This document shows positions 10,628 through 20,189 of a stretch of DNA of 59,645 nt, piece after piece. The stretch is taken from the IMG/VR virus record IMGVR_UViG_3300032073_003021, positions 1 through 59,645 of that record; one strand, written 5' to 3'. The stretch's first letter is position 1; every line of letters starts with the position of its first letter. The stretch comes from a virus. Its lineage: Duplodnaviria; Caudoviricetes. Below the pieces are notes generated by a model that was given only the letters and a program-made list of their open reading frames with translations, was not told the origin of the DNA and made no database searches. Made by a program: the position numbers and the translations under genes.

Positions 10628-11893
10628 ATGTATCTTTCAGAAGAACTACAGAAAAAGTGGCAACCCGTACTAGAGCATCCTGAGCTAGATAATATCAAGG
10701 ATCCTTATAGAAAGGCTGTTACTACCGTGGTACTCGAAAACCAGGAAAAAGCTCTCCGTGAGGAGAAGGAAGCCCTGTTCGAAGCTACACACGCAAACCA
10801 AACTGGTTCAAGCGTAGATAACTATGATCCTATCTTAATTTCGTTAGTTAGACGTGCGTTGCCAAACTTAATGGCATATGACGTATGTGGTGTTCAACCT
10901 ATGTCAGGACCAACTGGTCTTATCTTCGCAATGAAGTCACACTTTACTAGTCAAACTGGTACAGAGGCATTATTCAACGAAGCAGACACAGACTTTTCTG
11001 GCACAGGAACACACGCGGGATCCAACCCAGTAGACGGCACTTATACAACAGGTGCTGGCGTAAGCACATCTACTGCAGAAGGATTTGGCGATTCAACTAC
11101 ACTTAACGAAATGGCTTTCTCTATTGAGAAAACAACTGTTACTGCTAAGTCAAGAGCACTTAAAGCAGAATACACAGTTGAACTTGCTCAAGATTTGAAA
11201 GCGGTTCATGGTTTAGACGCGGAATCAGAACTTAGCAATATTCTTTCACAAGAAATATTGGCTGAGATTAACCGTGAGGTTATTAGAACGATTTATAAAG
11301 TCGCAAAAACAGGATCTGCAAGCACAGCTACAGCAGGAACATTCGACCTAGATGTCGATTCCAACGGTAGATGGTCAGTAGAACGATTCAAAGGTCTTCT
11401 CTTTAACATAGAGAGAGACGCAAACGTAATTGCACAAGACACAAGACGTGGCAAAGGTAACTTCATCATCTGTTCATCAGATGTTGCTAGTGCTTTAGCG
11501 ATGGCTGGTGTTTTAGATTACGCCCCAGCATTATCAACTAACTTGAATGTTGATGACACAGGTAATACATTCGCTGGTGTGTTAAACGGCCGTTACAGAG
11601 TCTACATTGATCCTTATTCAGCAAACACAGGAGCTGCTAGCCAGTTCTACGTTGTTGGATATAAAGGTACTAGCCCATATGACGCTGGTATCTTCTACTG
11701 TCCGTATGTCCCACTACAAATGGTAAGGGCTATTGACCCAAGCACATTCCAACCTAAAATTGGTTTCAAGACTAGGTATGGCATGATTGCTAATCCATTC
11801 GTAATGCAGGCTAACGGAACTACAGATGCAGATTCATTTACTGCAGACCGTAACCAGTATTACAGATCAGTTAAAGTTACAAACTTAATGTAA
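10628..11893 (+). CDS. gp23: Major capsid protein gp23
   Basis: GVQPMSGPTGLIFAM, SRALKAEYTVELAQDLKAVHG, FQPKIGFKTRYG motifs. Confidence 0.98.
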   Translation: MYLSEELQKKWQPVLEHPELDNIKDPYRKAVTTVVLENQEKALREEKEALFEATHANQTGSSVDNYDPILISLVRRALPNLMAYDVCGVQPMSGPTGLIFAMKSHFTSQTGTEALFNEADTDFSGTGTHAGSNPVDGTYTTGAGVSTSTAEGFGDSTTLNEMAFSIEKTTVTAKSRALKAEYTVELAQDLKAVHGLDAESELSNILSQEILAEINREVIRTIYKVAKTGSASTATAGTFDLDVDSNGRWSVERFKGLLFNIERDANVIAQDTRRGKGNFIICSSDVASALAMAGVLDYAPALSTNLNVDDTGNTFAGVLNGRYRVYIDPYSANTGAASQFYVVGYKGTSPYDAGIFYCPYVPLQMVRAIDPSTFQPKIGFKTRYGMIANPFVMQANGTTDADSFTADRNQYYRSVKVTNLM

Positions 11894-11913
11894 CAGATCT
11901 TTTTTTAAATGGT

Positions 11914-11942
11914 AAAGGGGGCTAGATTTAGCCCCCTTTTTT
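11914..11942 (+). terminator. Rho-independent terminator after gp23
   Basis: AAAGGGGGCTA-GATT-TAGCCCCCTTTTTT hairpin followed by a U-tract. Confidence 0.9.
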
Positions 11943-11957
11943 GCCAAAGGATGACAA

Positions 11958-12107
11958 ATGAAATATTTGATTGTACTTTTAGGAATTATATTTGTAACAG
12001 GATGCGCAGGTAGAATCTATTTAGATGCTACACTACCCAACGATAAAGACGTTGATATTCGCATTACTACAAATACAGAACCTAAAGAATATATCGTTGA
12101 AAAGTAA
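11958..12107 (+). CDS. Small lipoprotein (49 aa, not in the ORF track)
   Basis: MKYLIVLLGIIFVTGCAGR... signal peptide with a lipobox; AAGGA SD. Confidence 0.6.
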   Translation: MKYLIVLLGIIFVTGCAGRIYLDATLPNDKDVDIRITTNTEPKEYIVEK

Positions 12108-12110
12108 CAG

Positions 12111-12350
12111 TTAGTCCTGTTCTTTCACAAAAGCGTTCAGCTCCCTAGCTAAAGCAATTACTTCTTTTGCTGTTATAGGTTCTATACACTCTAATGGAAA
12201 TTCCGGATAACTTATATCTCTTTGGTCCAAAGATCTTTGGACGTTATTGACATAAGCATCTAACTTAAAACTTCTATTTTGTTCCAACAAGCCTTGCGCT
12301 TGTCCTAGTAAGTCGGCTCGTATTTCAAAGCCATTTCTATTGTTTGACAT
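12111..12350 (-). CDS. Hypothetical protein, the only credible minus-strand gene
   Basis: GGAG SD, fills an otherwise empty gap; NGFEIRADLL..A and EVIALARELNAFV patterns recur in T4-like small proteins. Confidence 0.75.
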   Translation of the reverse strand: MSNNRNGFEIRADLLGQAQGLLEQNRSFKLDAYVNNVQRSLDQRDISYPEFPLECIEPITAKEVIALARELNAFVKEQD

Positions 12351-12444
12351 TATTTTCTCCTCTCTGTGTCTATGTCCTTTATTGGACTTATTATATATTC
12401 CTTTGGTACTCTACCTAATTGACTTCTGGTTACATTGAAAGTAT

Positions 12445-12452
12445 TATAAATA
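12445..12452 (+). promoter_or_regulatory. Late promoter upstream of iscU
   Basis: TATAAATA followed by an AAGGAGG SD. Confidence 0.7.
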
Positions 12453-12471
12453 CTATTGCTAAGGAGGAAAT

Positions 12472-12945
12472 ATGGCATATTCGAAAGAAGTAGTAAAAAG
12501 ATTTGAGGAAGTAACAAATAATCCTGCTGCACATGGTGTAGGACGTTTTGATCCTAAAGACCCTAATGTGGCTACAGGACTAACAGGCGCCCCAGCGTGT
12601 GGTGATGTTATGAAGTTAGACTTAAAATTAAATCCGGAAACTGACGTTATTGAAGATGTTAAATTTAAAACTTATGGTTGTGGTAGTGCTATTGCTAGCT
12701 CTAGTTTGTTCGTAGAAATGCTAACAGGACTTACAATAGAAGAAGCAAAGAAAATAAAAGATAAAGACATTGCTACAGCATTAGAACTTCCGCCAATTAA
12801 AATACATTGTTCTGTATTAGCAGAGGATAGTATTAAAAAGGCAATAGAAGATTGGGAAGAAAAGAAAGCAGGACGTAACAGCACTTGGTTAGAAAAAATG
12901 GGTGCAGTTAAGAAACCAACCGATGGAGACGCCATTGCAAGCTAG
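12472..12945 (+). CDS. iscU: Fe-S cluster scaffold IscU
   Basis: GAPACGDVMKL, FKTYGCGSAIASSS, LELPPIKIHCSVLAED (three Cys and an LPPxK chaperone motif). Confidence 0.95.
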   Translation: MAYSKEVVKRFEEVTNNPAAHGVGRFDPKDPNVATGLTGAPACGDVMKLDLKLNPETDVIEDVKFKTYGCGSAIASSSLFVEMLTGLTIEEAKKIKDKDIATALELPPIKIHCSVLAEDSIKKAIEDWEEKKAGRNSTWLEKMGAVKKPTDGDAIAS

Positions 12946-13309
12946 TCAATTTGACCCTAGCAACATGATTGCAACATCTAGACCACCACTGGTGGACTTT
13001 ACAGATGAAGCACTTCAAGAAGTTATGGCTAGATTAGAGAAAAATAAATCAAAAGGTATTTACTTTGGTTTAACAGGCGGTGGTTGTGCTGGATTTTCTT
13101 ATGTTTTTAATTATGCTAATGGACCAGTATCCGAAACTGATATAGAAATTGATTTCGGAAAGTTTAAAGTATGGATGGATATGATGTCCGAGATGTATTT
13201 GGCAGGTACAATTATATCTTGGAAAGTCGAAGGACTTAATGAACAATTTGAGTTTATTAATCCTGCTGAAAGTTCTGCTTGCGGGTGTGGAGTTAGCGTA
13301 TCGTTTTAG
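12923..13309 (+). CDS. iscA: A-type Fe-S carrier (IscA/ErpA/HesB family)
   Basis: GGGCAGFSY and NP...CGCGVS motifs. Confidence 0.9.
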   Translation: METPLQASQFDPSNMIATSRPPLVDFTDEALQEVMARLEKNKSKGIYFGLTGGGCAGFSYVFNYANGPVSETDIEIDFGKFKVWMDMMSEMYLAGTIISWKVEGLNEQFEFINPAESSACGCGVSVSF

Positions 13310-13318
13310 GAGTATATA

Positions 13319-13474
13319 ATGGCAAGAACGTGGGCAAAAATAGACCATCGTGCAACAAGAAAAGCAACATCACAAGGTGTTGGTGGTAGAGGAAGAAGTG
13401 TAAAATGCGCTACTTCATCAATGAATAAACATAAAAAAAGAAGTTATAAAAAATATCGAGGACAAGGTAGATGA
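13319..13474 (+). CDS. Small basic hypothetical protein (51 aa, not in the ORF track)
   Basis: AGGAG SD; MARTWAKIDHRATRKATSQG...KKYRGQGR, a common T4-like pattern; ATGA overlap with gp3. Confidence 0.7.
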   Translation: MARTWAKIDHRATRKATSQGVGGRGRSVKCATSSMNKHKKRSYKKYRGQGR

Positions 13475-14064
13475 CATTAACAAATATTAACAACATTACG
13501 GAAGCAGCGTTTACTGCAAATAATCCAGGTGAATTGGATTATCTAAAACCTAATGGATTTAAATTTCAAATACATAATATCCCTAATGTTAGTTATTTTT
13601 GTCAAGCGGCAAATATTCCAGAAATTAATTTGCCACCTGCAGATCAACCAACACCACTTGTAGATGTTCCTTTACCAGGAGACAAACTACAATTTGGTAC
13701 TTTGATGATTAGATTCCTTATACAAGAAGACATGGCAAACTATAAGGAACTATATGATTGGTTAATTGGATTAGGGTTTCCAAGTGACCATAAACAATAC
13801 GCAAGTTATGGAACAACACAGGAATATAGATTTCCTGATATAGATCCCAAAAAACAAGCAGCTTTGGGACAGTTCTCAGACGCTACTTTATTTGTATTGG
13901 ATAGTAATAATAACCCTGTGGTACAGTTTACGTTCAGAGACTTGTTTCCTGTTAGTTTACAGGGACTAGACTTTGAAATATATACAGGAAGCACGGAGTA
14001 TATGACAGGTGTAGGAATGTTTAGGTACAAAGACTACACTATTACAACGGCTTCTGGTATATAA
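13471..14064 (+). CDS. gp3: Tail completion/tube terminator gp3-like protein
   Basis: YLKPNGFKF, YFCQAANIP, PGDKLQFG.L, SDATL.VLDSNNNP, FPVSL motifs. Confidence 0.85.
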   Translation: MTLTNINNITEAAFTANNPGELDYLKPNGFKFQIHNIPNVSYFCQAANIPEINLPPADQPTPLVDVPLPGDKLQFGTLMIRFLIQEDMANYKELYDWLIGLGFPSDHKQYASYGTTQEYRFPDIDPKKQAALGQFSDATLFVLDSNNNPVVQFTFRDLFPVSLQGLDFEIYTGSTEYMTGVGMFRYKDYTITTASGI

Positions 14065-14069
14065 ACTTC

Positions 14070-14098
14070 TTGACATTTAGTTTACTAGGTCCTATAAT
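14070..14098 (+). promoter_or_regulatory. Sigma70-like promoter (class B) before uvsY
   Basis: TTGACA-N17-TATAAT, with GGTCC directly before the -10. Confidence 0.75.
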
Positions 14099-14106
14099 AC
14101 TATATT

Positions 14107-14553
14107 ATGAAAATATCACTTGAATATCTACAAGAGGAATGGAAAAAGGATTGTAAGTTAGACGAGCTTAACTTAGGTGGCGACTCAACTAAACAACCAG
14201 AACTCCATGCTAAATACCTCAATTACTTAACCACTTTAAAACTACAGGCAAGAAAGGCTAAGAGTAATTTGTTATCCTTAAGACGTTTGAAGTGGCAGTA
14301 TTATAGAGGTGAGTTAGACCAGAAACAATTAAATGAATTGGGTTGGGAACAATACTTAGGTAATGCTCCTCTTAATAATCAAATGAATGATTTCTTAGAC
14401 ACAGATCCTGATGTCATAAAACAAACAGACAAAGCAGAATATTTAGACACTTGTTTATTACAATGTGAAAGTATTCTTAAGGCAGTAGGTAGTCGAGGGT
14501 TTGATATAAGAAATGCAATAGAATGGACTAAGTTTACAAATGGATTACTATAA
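14107..14553 (+). CDS. uvsY: Recombination mediator UvsY
   Basis: PELHAKYL, WQYYRG, RGFDIRNAIEW.KF motifs; upstream of uvsW. Confidence 0.9.
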   Translation: MKISLEYLQEEWKKDCKLDELNLGGDSTKQPELHAKYLNYLTTLKLQARKAKSNLLSLRRLKWQYYRGELDQKQLNELGWEQYLGNAPLNNQMNDFLDTDPDVIKQTDKAEYLDTCLLQCESILKAVGSRGFDIRNAIEWTKFTNGLL

Positions 14554-15016
14554 ACCAAGACCTTTACCAATGGCAATATGTACAGATAAAATGTCTGTAT
14601 TAGTAGGTCCTCGTTCGGGTTCAACAAAAATACAAGACGAACTAGGAGATAATATAATAACACTTGAAGCATGGAAAGAAACAAATTTAAAAAGAGTTGC
14701 TGTTTTAAGACAACCTATACAAAGATATTTTAGTGTTAAAAGAATGGAATCTCACGCAGAACAATTACAAGGTACAGATTGGTGGGTTCCTAATTACTGT
14801 GAACAATTAGAAGATACAAATTTTGAATACATATTGTTTGGAAATTTATCATCTTATGTAGGAGATGTAAAAGTAGGCACAACATTAACAACAGGAGTTA
14901 ATCTTAATGACCTAACTTGTGATGACAAGATGAAATCTGAAATGGATTCTTATCACAAACTTATAACATCGAGAAAAGAATTAACCGTAAGGGACTGGCG
15001 TGATCTCTGTAAGTAA
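14540..15016 (+). CDS. Hypothetical protein, possibly a degenerate sulfotransferase-like fold
   Basis: GPRSGSTKI and VLRQPIQRYFS resemble 5'- and 3'-PAPS-binding motifs. Confidence 0.4.
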   Translation: MDYYKPRPLPMAICTDKMSVLVGPRSGSTKIQDELGDNIITLEAWKETNLKRVAVLRQPIQRYFSVKRMESHAEQLQGTDWWVPNYCEQLEDTNFEYILFGNLSSYVGDVKVGTTLTTGVNLNDLTCDDKMKSEMDSYHKLITSRKELTVRDWRDLCK

Positions 15017-16469
15017 AAAGAACGAAGTATATTTAAAGATACAAACAGATCCAGGCATTGGTCAGGAAATATGTGACTTCTTTACATTTGAAGTTCCGGG
15101 TGCTAGGTTTATGCCGATGTATAAGAATAGAATGTGGGACGGTAAAGTTAGATTGTATAGTTTATATACCAATGAATTATATGTTGGACTATTAAAGTAT
15201 TTAATTGACTTTGCAAATACATTAGAATACGATATAGAAGTAAATATAGATGACTTAGGAGAGAATGTAGACGTAGAAGGTTTTACAAAGTTATTAAAAT
15301 TACAAAGTGGCGGTAAGGATATACAAATAAGAGATTATCAAATTGATGCTATAAAACACGCACTATCAAATACAAGGTCATTATTATTAAGTCCTACGGC
15401 TAGTGGTAAATCACTAATCATATACAGTTTAATTAGATATCATCAGTCACGAGGAAGAAAGCAACTTATTGTAGTACCAACGACTTCACTTGTAGAACAA
15501 ATGTACGGAGACTTTCAGGACTATGCAACAGCAGATAATTGGAAAGCTCCTGAGAACTGTCATAGAATATATGGTGGTAAGGAAAAGTCAAACGAATACG
15601 ATATAACTATTAGCACATGGCAATCTATATACAAGTTTCCTAAAAAGTGGTTTGAACAATTTGATGTTATATACGGAGACGAAGCACATAATTTTAAATC
15701 CAAATCACTAACAACATTAATGAATAAATGTGTTAATGCACCATATAGAATAGGAACTACAGGTACATTAGACGGAACACAGACACATAAATTAGTTTTA
15801 GAGGGAGTTTTTGGCCCTGTACATAAAGTTACTACCACAAAAAAATTGATGGAGGATAAACAATTAGCAGATCTAAAAATCGTGTGTTGCACGCTAAATT
15901 ACACCAAGGACGAAGAGCGCAAGTTTATTACCAAATGCACATATCAGGAAGAGATAGATTGGATTGTAACAAACCCACAAAGAAACGAAATAATAAAAAA
16001 TCTAACTATCGCCCAGGAAGGTAATACTTTAGTTCTATTTCAATTCGTAGAAAAGCATGGAGTAGTATTACATGAGATGATTAAAAAATCCGTTAAGAAA
16101 GGTAGAAAAGTATTCTTTGTATACGGTGGAACAGAAACAGAAGTTAGAGAAGAAATAAGAGCGATAACAGAAACACAACACGATGCTATTATTATAGCAT
16201 CATACGGCACTTTTTCAACAGGCATAAATATAAGGAACCTACATAACATTGTCTTTGCCTCTCCTACAAAGAGTAGAATAAGAAACTTACAGAGTATAGG
16301 AAGAGGACTTAGAAGAGGTGAACAAAAGGTACAATGTAAATTATTTGATATAGGAGATGATTTATCCTGGAAGTCCAAGAAAAATTACACATTAAATCAC
16401 TTAATAGAAAGGGTAAAAATTTATAACGAAGAAGGTTTCGATTATAAGTTGGTAAAAATAGATGTCTGA
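15000..16469 (+). CDS. uvsW: DNA helicase UvsW
   Basis: WDGKVRLY, SPTASGKS, DEAH, QSIGRGLR motifs. Confidence 0.96.
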   Translation: MISVSKKNEVYLKIQTDPGIGQEICDFFTFEVPGARFMPMYKNRMWDGKVRLYSLYTNELYVGLLKYLIDFANTLEYDIEVNIDDLGENVDVEGFTKLLKLQSGGKDIQIRDYQIDAIKHALSNTRSLLLSPTASGKSLIIYSLIRYHQSRGRKQLIVVPTTSLVEQMYGDFQDYATADNWKAPENCHRIYGGKEKSNEYDITISTWQSIYKFPKKWFEQFDVIYGDEAHNFKSKSLTTLMNKCVNAPYRIGTTGTLDGTQTHKLVLEGVFGPVHKVTTTKKLMEDKQLADLKIVCCTLNYTKDEERKFITKCTYQEEIDWIVTNPQRNEIIKNLTIAQEGNTLVLFQFVEKHGVVLHEMIKKSVKKGRKVFFVYGGTETEVREEIRAITETQHDAIIIASYGTFSTGINIRNLHNIVFASPTKSRIRNLQSIGRGLRRGEQKVQCKLFDIGDDLSWKSKKNYTLNHLIERVKIYNEEGFDYKLVKIDV

Positions 16470-16878
16470 TATAACGATTATAAAGTTAATAGATGGTTCC
16501 ACATTGGTGGGTATAGTTTCCGCAGGCCCAGATTCATATGAAATAGAACACCCGATTGAGGTTGTTAGTCATTTGTCTATGAATCGAGGTGTTGTAGGAG
16601 AACAATTAAGTTTACGGCCCTGGATTGCATTTAGTGATACAGGAATTTTTAAAATAGATAGAATAAATGTTTTGGCGGTATCAAACTTAGATGAAAAATT
16701 TGTAGAAGGTTATAACAGTATTGTAAGCGCTACTTATTTAAATGAAAATGTTTCCATTGAGGACCTCCCTAAACTATCAGACATGAGCGAGTCTTATTTA
16801 GAGGAAACATTAGACGACTTAGACTTAGAAACATTGGCGGAATTAGCTGACGCCGTTATAAAAAAGCAAATACATTAG
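16462..16878 (+). CDS. Hypothetical protein (Sm-like, typical between uvsW and gp55)
   Basis: IIKLIDGSTLVG and LRPW patterns; synteny. Confidence 0.6.
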   Translation: MSDITIIKLIDGSTLVGIVSAGPDSYEIEHPIEVVSHLSMNRGVVGEQLSLRPWIAFSDTGIFKIDRINVLAVSNLDEKFVEGYNSIVSATYLNENVSIEDLPKLSDMSESYLEETLDDLDLETLAELADAVIKKQIH

Positions 16879-16887
16879 GAGTATATT

Positions 16888-17487
16888 ATGGCAAAAAGAC
16901 GTGATCCAAATTCATCACACTACATAAACAATAAGGAGTTTCTAGAAGCAATGACTGCCTATAGAAACATTCGTATAGAAGCTGAGGAATCTGGTGATGA
17001 CAGACCTCAGGTACCAAATTATATTGGTGAGTGCTTTGTTAAAATAGCAAATCACTTGGCATATAAAGCAAACTTTGTAAATTATACATTTAGAGATGAA
17101 ATGATTCTGGATGGTATTGAAAATAGTCTTACATATATGGACAACTTTGATCCTGAAAAATCTAAAAATCCTTTTGCATACTTTACACAAATCACATATT
17201 ACGCTTTCATTAGACGTATCCAAAAAGAGAAACGTCATATGGAAACTAAGTTCAAGTATATACAAAGTCTCGATATTGAGCAGATACTTGAAGAAGGTGA
17301 AGGTAGTCCAGACTATCTCAAATATATGAAAGAAGTTATTGACCAAGCTCAAGCAGATGAAGCAAAAGCTGATGCGGCAAACAAAGGCAAAAAGATGCCA
17401 AAACGTAGGCCCAAATACTTAGACGAAAAAATTAAGGCAGAAGAAGCGGCTGCAAAAGAGGCAGCTAAAAAAGAAGAAAACGGTTAA
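16888..17487 (+). CDS. gp55: Late sigma factor gp55
   Basis: HYINNKEFL, YIGECF.KIA, NPFAYFTQI.YYAFIRRIQKEK motifs. Confidence 0.96.
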   Translation: MAKRRDPNSSHYINNKEFLEAMTAYRNIRIEAEESGDDRPQVPNYIGECFVKIANHLAYKANFVNYTFRDEMILDGIENSLTYMDNFDPEKSKNPFAYFTQITYYAFIRRIQKEKRHMETKFKYIQSLDIEQILEEGEGSPDYLKYMKEVIDQAQADEAKADAANKGKKMPKRRPKYLDEKIKAEEAAAKEAAKKEENG

Positions 17488-17495
17488 ATAGACTC

Positions 17496-17525
17496 TTGAT
17501 TATAGGTTGTATAATCATATATAAT
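17496..17525 (+). promoter_or_regulatory. Possible sigma70-like promoter for the deazaguanine island
   Basis: TTGATT-N18-TATAAT immediately before queE. Confidence 0.4.
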
Positions 17526-17532
17526 ACTCAAC

Positions 17533-18414
17533 ATGGCAAAACTTAGATATAGCGAAGCATTTTATTCAGTACAAGGCGAGGGTAGATTCGTAGGAGTCCC
17601 TAGTATCTTCCTTAGAGTCTTTGGTTGTAATTTTGAATGTAGAGGTTTTGGTCAGGAACGAGGCAAACTTATTCCTGTAGAAGAAATGCCCTATATGACA
17701 GATCCTAGAGCAGAAAAGGATAATGAAATAGCATATAAAAGTATCGAAGAACTTCCTGTTACTCCTATAGGTTGTGATAGTTCAGCATCTTGGGCGATGA
17801 AATACAAACATTTACAATTAACAAAGACAATAGACGAGGTGTTTGAACATATAATTAGTTTACTTCCTAATAATAAATTTGATGAGAGAGAAGATATACA
17901 TTTAGTTATTACAGGTGGCGAACCTTTATTAGGTTGGCAAAGAGTTTGGCCTGAACTATTAGAAAGGTGTAAAGAAGTAGGTTTGAAGAATGTAACATTT
18001 GAAACAAATGGAACACAGAACTTACAACAACAATTTATAGATTATTTAAATGAAGATGGAAAAGACATTCATATTACATGGTCAACATCTCCTAAATTAT
18101 CTATCTCAGGTGAGGATCAATTCGATGCCCTTATTCCTGAAGCACTATTAGATATGAACAAGGTAACTAACAGTCATTTATATAATAAATTTGTCGTTAG
18201 AGACTATATAGATTTTGAAGAAGTAGATTTATTTGTTGATGAATATAAATCTGCTGGTGTTGTTCTGGATGCAGTTTATTGCATGCCAGAAGGCGCAACG
18301 TTGGAACAACAAGCCCTAACAGAAAAGGATGTTGCAGAAGCCTGTATGAAAACAGGTTACAAGTTTAGTCCAAGGTTGCATATTACATTATTCGGGAACG
18401 CATGGGGAACATAG
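17533..18414 (+). CDS. queE: 7-carboxy-7-deazaguanine synthase QueE (radical SAM)
   Basis: EAFYSVQGEG, LRVFGCNFEC...CDS (with an insertion), ITGGEPLL, ETNGT, SPKL, PRLH motifs; clustered with folE and queD. Confidence 0.92.
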   Translation: MAKLRYSEAFYSVQGEGRFVGVPSIFLRVFGCNFECRGFGQERGKLIPVEEMPYMTDPRAEKDNEIAYKSIEELPVTPIGCDSSASWAMKYKHLQLTKTIDEVFEHIISLLPNNKFDEREDIHLVITGGEPLLGWQRVWPELLERCKEVGLKNVTFETNGTQNLQQQFIDYLNEDGKDIHITWSTSPKLSISGEDQFDALIPEALLDMNKVTNSHLYNKFVVRDYIDFEEVDLFVDEYKSAGVVLDAVYCMPEGATLEQQALTEKDVAEACMKTGYKFSPRLHITLFGNAWGT

Positions 18415-18827
18415 ACGTAACTTGGAATACAATAAACGAACAAGTAGAACACATTAGTGATTTGGTAAAACAGAATAATATTGACATGATTGTAGGTGTT
18501 GCTAGAGGAGGATTGGTTCCCGCAGTAATGGTTTCAAATAAAACAAAGGTTCCTATGCAATGCTTAGAGTGGCAAACAAGAGACGGCAACGGAACAGACA
18601 GAAAAAAACTTATAGAATTACAGCTTGATAAATATAATTGTCTGTTCATAGATGATATATGTGATACAGGCAAAACAATATATGGTATAAGAGAATTGTT
18701 TCCAGGCGCTAAGTTTGCTGTTTTATTTAACAAAATGGTTGACATGGAGCTTGACTTTGAGGGAATAAGACTCTATAATAATACACAATACCAGTTAAAA
18801 CAATGGATAAATTTTCCCTGGGAGTAA
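18402..18827 (+). CDS. Type I purine phosphoribosyltransferase (Gpt-like)
   Basis: GVARGGLVPA, PRPP-binding FIDDICDTGKT, and WINFPWE. Confidence 0.9.
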   Translation: MGNIDVTWNTINEQVEHISDLVKQNNIDMIVGVARGGLVPAVMVSNKTKVPMQCLEWQTRDGNGTDRKKLIELQLDKYNCLFIDDICDTGKTIYGIRELFPGAKFAVLFNKMVDMELDFEGIRLYNNTQYQLKQWINFPWE

Positions 18828-18830
18828 AAT

Positions 18831-19514
18831 ATGGAAGTAAGTAAAAAGATAAAAGAACGTTTGGATAAAATAGGCAAAAGATATTACGCAGCGGATAATA
18901 TCTCAGAAGTTATGTTGCCTGGTGAGAAACAAGAACTGATTGACGAACTAGCACCTAAGTTTAATGAAGTATTAAAGTCATTAGTTATTGATACAGAAAA
19001 CGATCCTAATAGTATTGACACAGGCAGACGTATGGCCAAGATGTATGTTAATGAAATTATGTCAGGTAGGTATAACACTATGCCAGATCCTAATAGTTTC
19101 CCTAACTATATTGAAAATGGATACGAAGGTATGTTGGTTGTGAGAAGTGAATTAAAAAGTTTATGTTCACATCATCATCAACCAGTTACAGGTATTGCTT
19201 ATATAGGAATTATTGCAGGCGATAAACTATTAGGGCTAAGTAAGTACACAAGAATTGCACAATGGTGCGCTATGCGAGGTACATTACAAGAAGAACTTAA
19301 TGTAATGATAGCAGATGAAATACAAAGACAATGTGAAACAGAACACGTAGGTGTCTACATACAGGCAACACATGGATGCTGTGAGAACAGAGGTATTAGA
19401 GCTCATAGTTCTTTAACACAAACAACTGTCTTAAGAGGCGGTTTTAAAAATGCAGACTTGAAGAAAGAATTCTTCGATAACATAACACAACAACAAATGG
19501 TATCACCTAGATAA
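18831..19514 (+). CDS. folE: GTP cyclohydrolase I FolE
   Basis: SLCSHHH, GLSKYTR, LQE, HGCCENRG motifs. Confidence 0.95.
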   Translation: MEVSKKIKERLDKIGKRYYAADNISEVMLPGEKQELIDELAPKFNEVLKSLVIDTENDPNSIDTGRRMAKMYVNEIMSGRYNTMPDPNSFPNYIENGYEGMLVVRSELKSLCSHHHQPVTGIAYIGIIAGDKLLGLSKYTRIAQWCAMRGTLQEELNVMIADEIQRQCETEHVGVYIQATHGCCENRGIRAHSSLTQTTVLRGGFKNADLKKEFFDNITQQQMVSPR

Positions 19515-20047
19515 TGGATATTAATAAACCACACATAGTCGTTGATTTGGAAACTTTAAGTGTACGTTCAAATGCGTGTATAGTTTCTATTGGCGCTGTA
19601 AGAATAGAAAACTTAGAAATTGTTGATGAGTTTTATGTGAACGTAGATCCTAGGACTTGTAAAGATGCAGGACTACATATTGAAAAGTCCACACTTGATT
19701 GGTGGGCAGAACAACCTAAGGAAATTAGGCAAGCGTGGCAAAAAGATCCTGTGCCATTAGATGAGGCATTGGATAAATTCCAAAAGTTTTATGGGTGGGA
19801 TAGTATTCCTGTTTGGGGCTATGGTGCTAACTTTGATATTGTCATATTAGAAAATGCTATGACATTATCTGGTTGGAATGAAAACAAACCTGAAATGGAA
19901 CGTTACCCTTGGAAGTTCTGGGACATATATTGTTTAAGAACTCTCATGAATGTATTAAATAAAAGGCTACCTAAAGCAAATAATCATAATGCTTTAGATG
20001 ACGCTGTAGCAGAAGCAAACTTATTAATAGAGATATTGAAGTCATGA
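19514..20047 (+). CDS. 3'-5' exonuclease (DEDDh, DexA/exoVIII-like)
   Basis: VDLETL, WW.EQ, GANFD, HNALDDA motifs. Confidence 0.88.
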   Translation: MDINKPHIVVDLETLSVRSNACIVSIGAVRIENLEIVDEFYVNVDPRTCKDAGLHIEKSTLDWWAEQPKEIRQAWQKDPVPLDEALDKFQKFYGWDSIPVWGYGANFDIVILENAMTLSGWNENKPEMERYPWKFWDIYCLRTLMNVLNKRLPKANNHNALDDAVAEANLLIEILKS

Positions 20048-20187
20048 TAGAACAATTAAAAGAAAATATAGAATTTTGTAGATGCCATTGGAAAACACTT
20101 TTTATAGGTAGTTTTCTTATGCACTTTGTATTTGATTGGTTTATATTTGGACTAGGAGTTCTATTAGGTATGCACATAGGACATTAA
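20044..20187 (+). CDS. Small membrane protein (47 aa, not in the ORF track)
   Basis: MIEQLKENIEFCRCHWKTLFIGSFLMHFVFDWFIFGLGVLLGMHIGH; ATGA overlap with the previous gene. Confidence 0.55.
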   Translation: MIEQLKENIEFCRCHWKTLFIGSFLMHFVFDWFIFGLGVLLGMHIGH

Positions 20188-20189
20188 TT

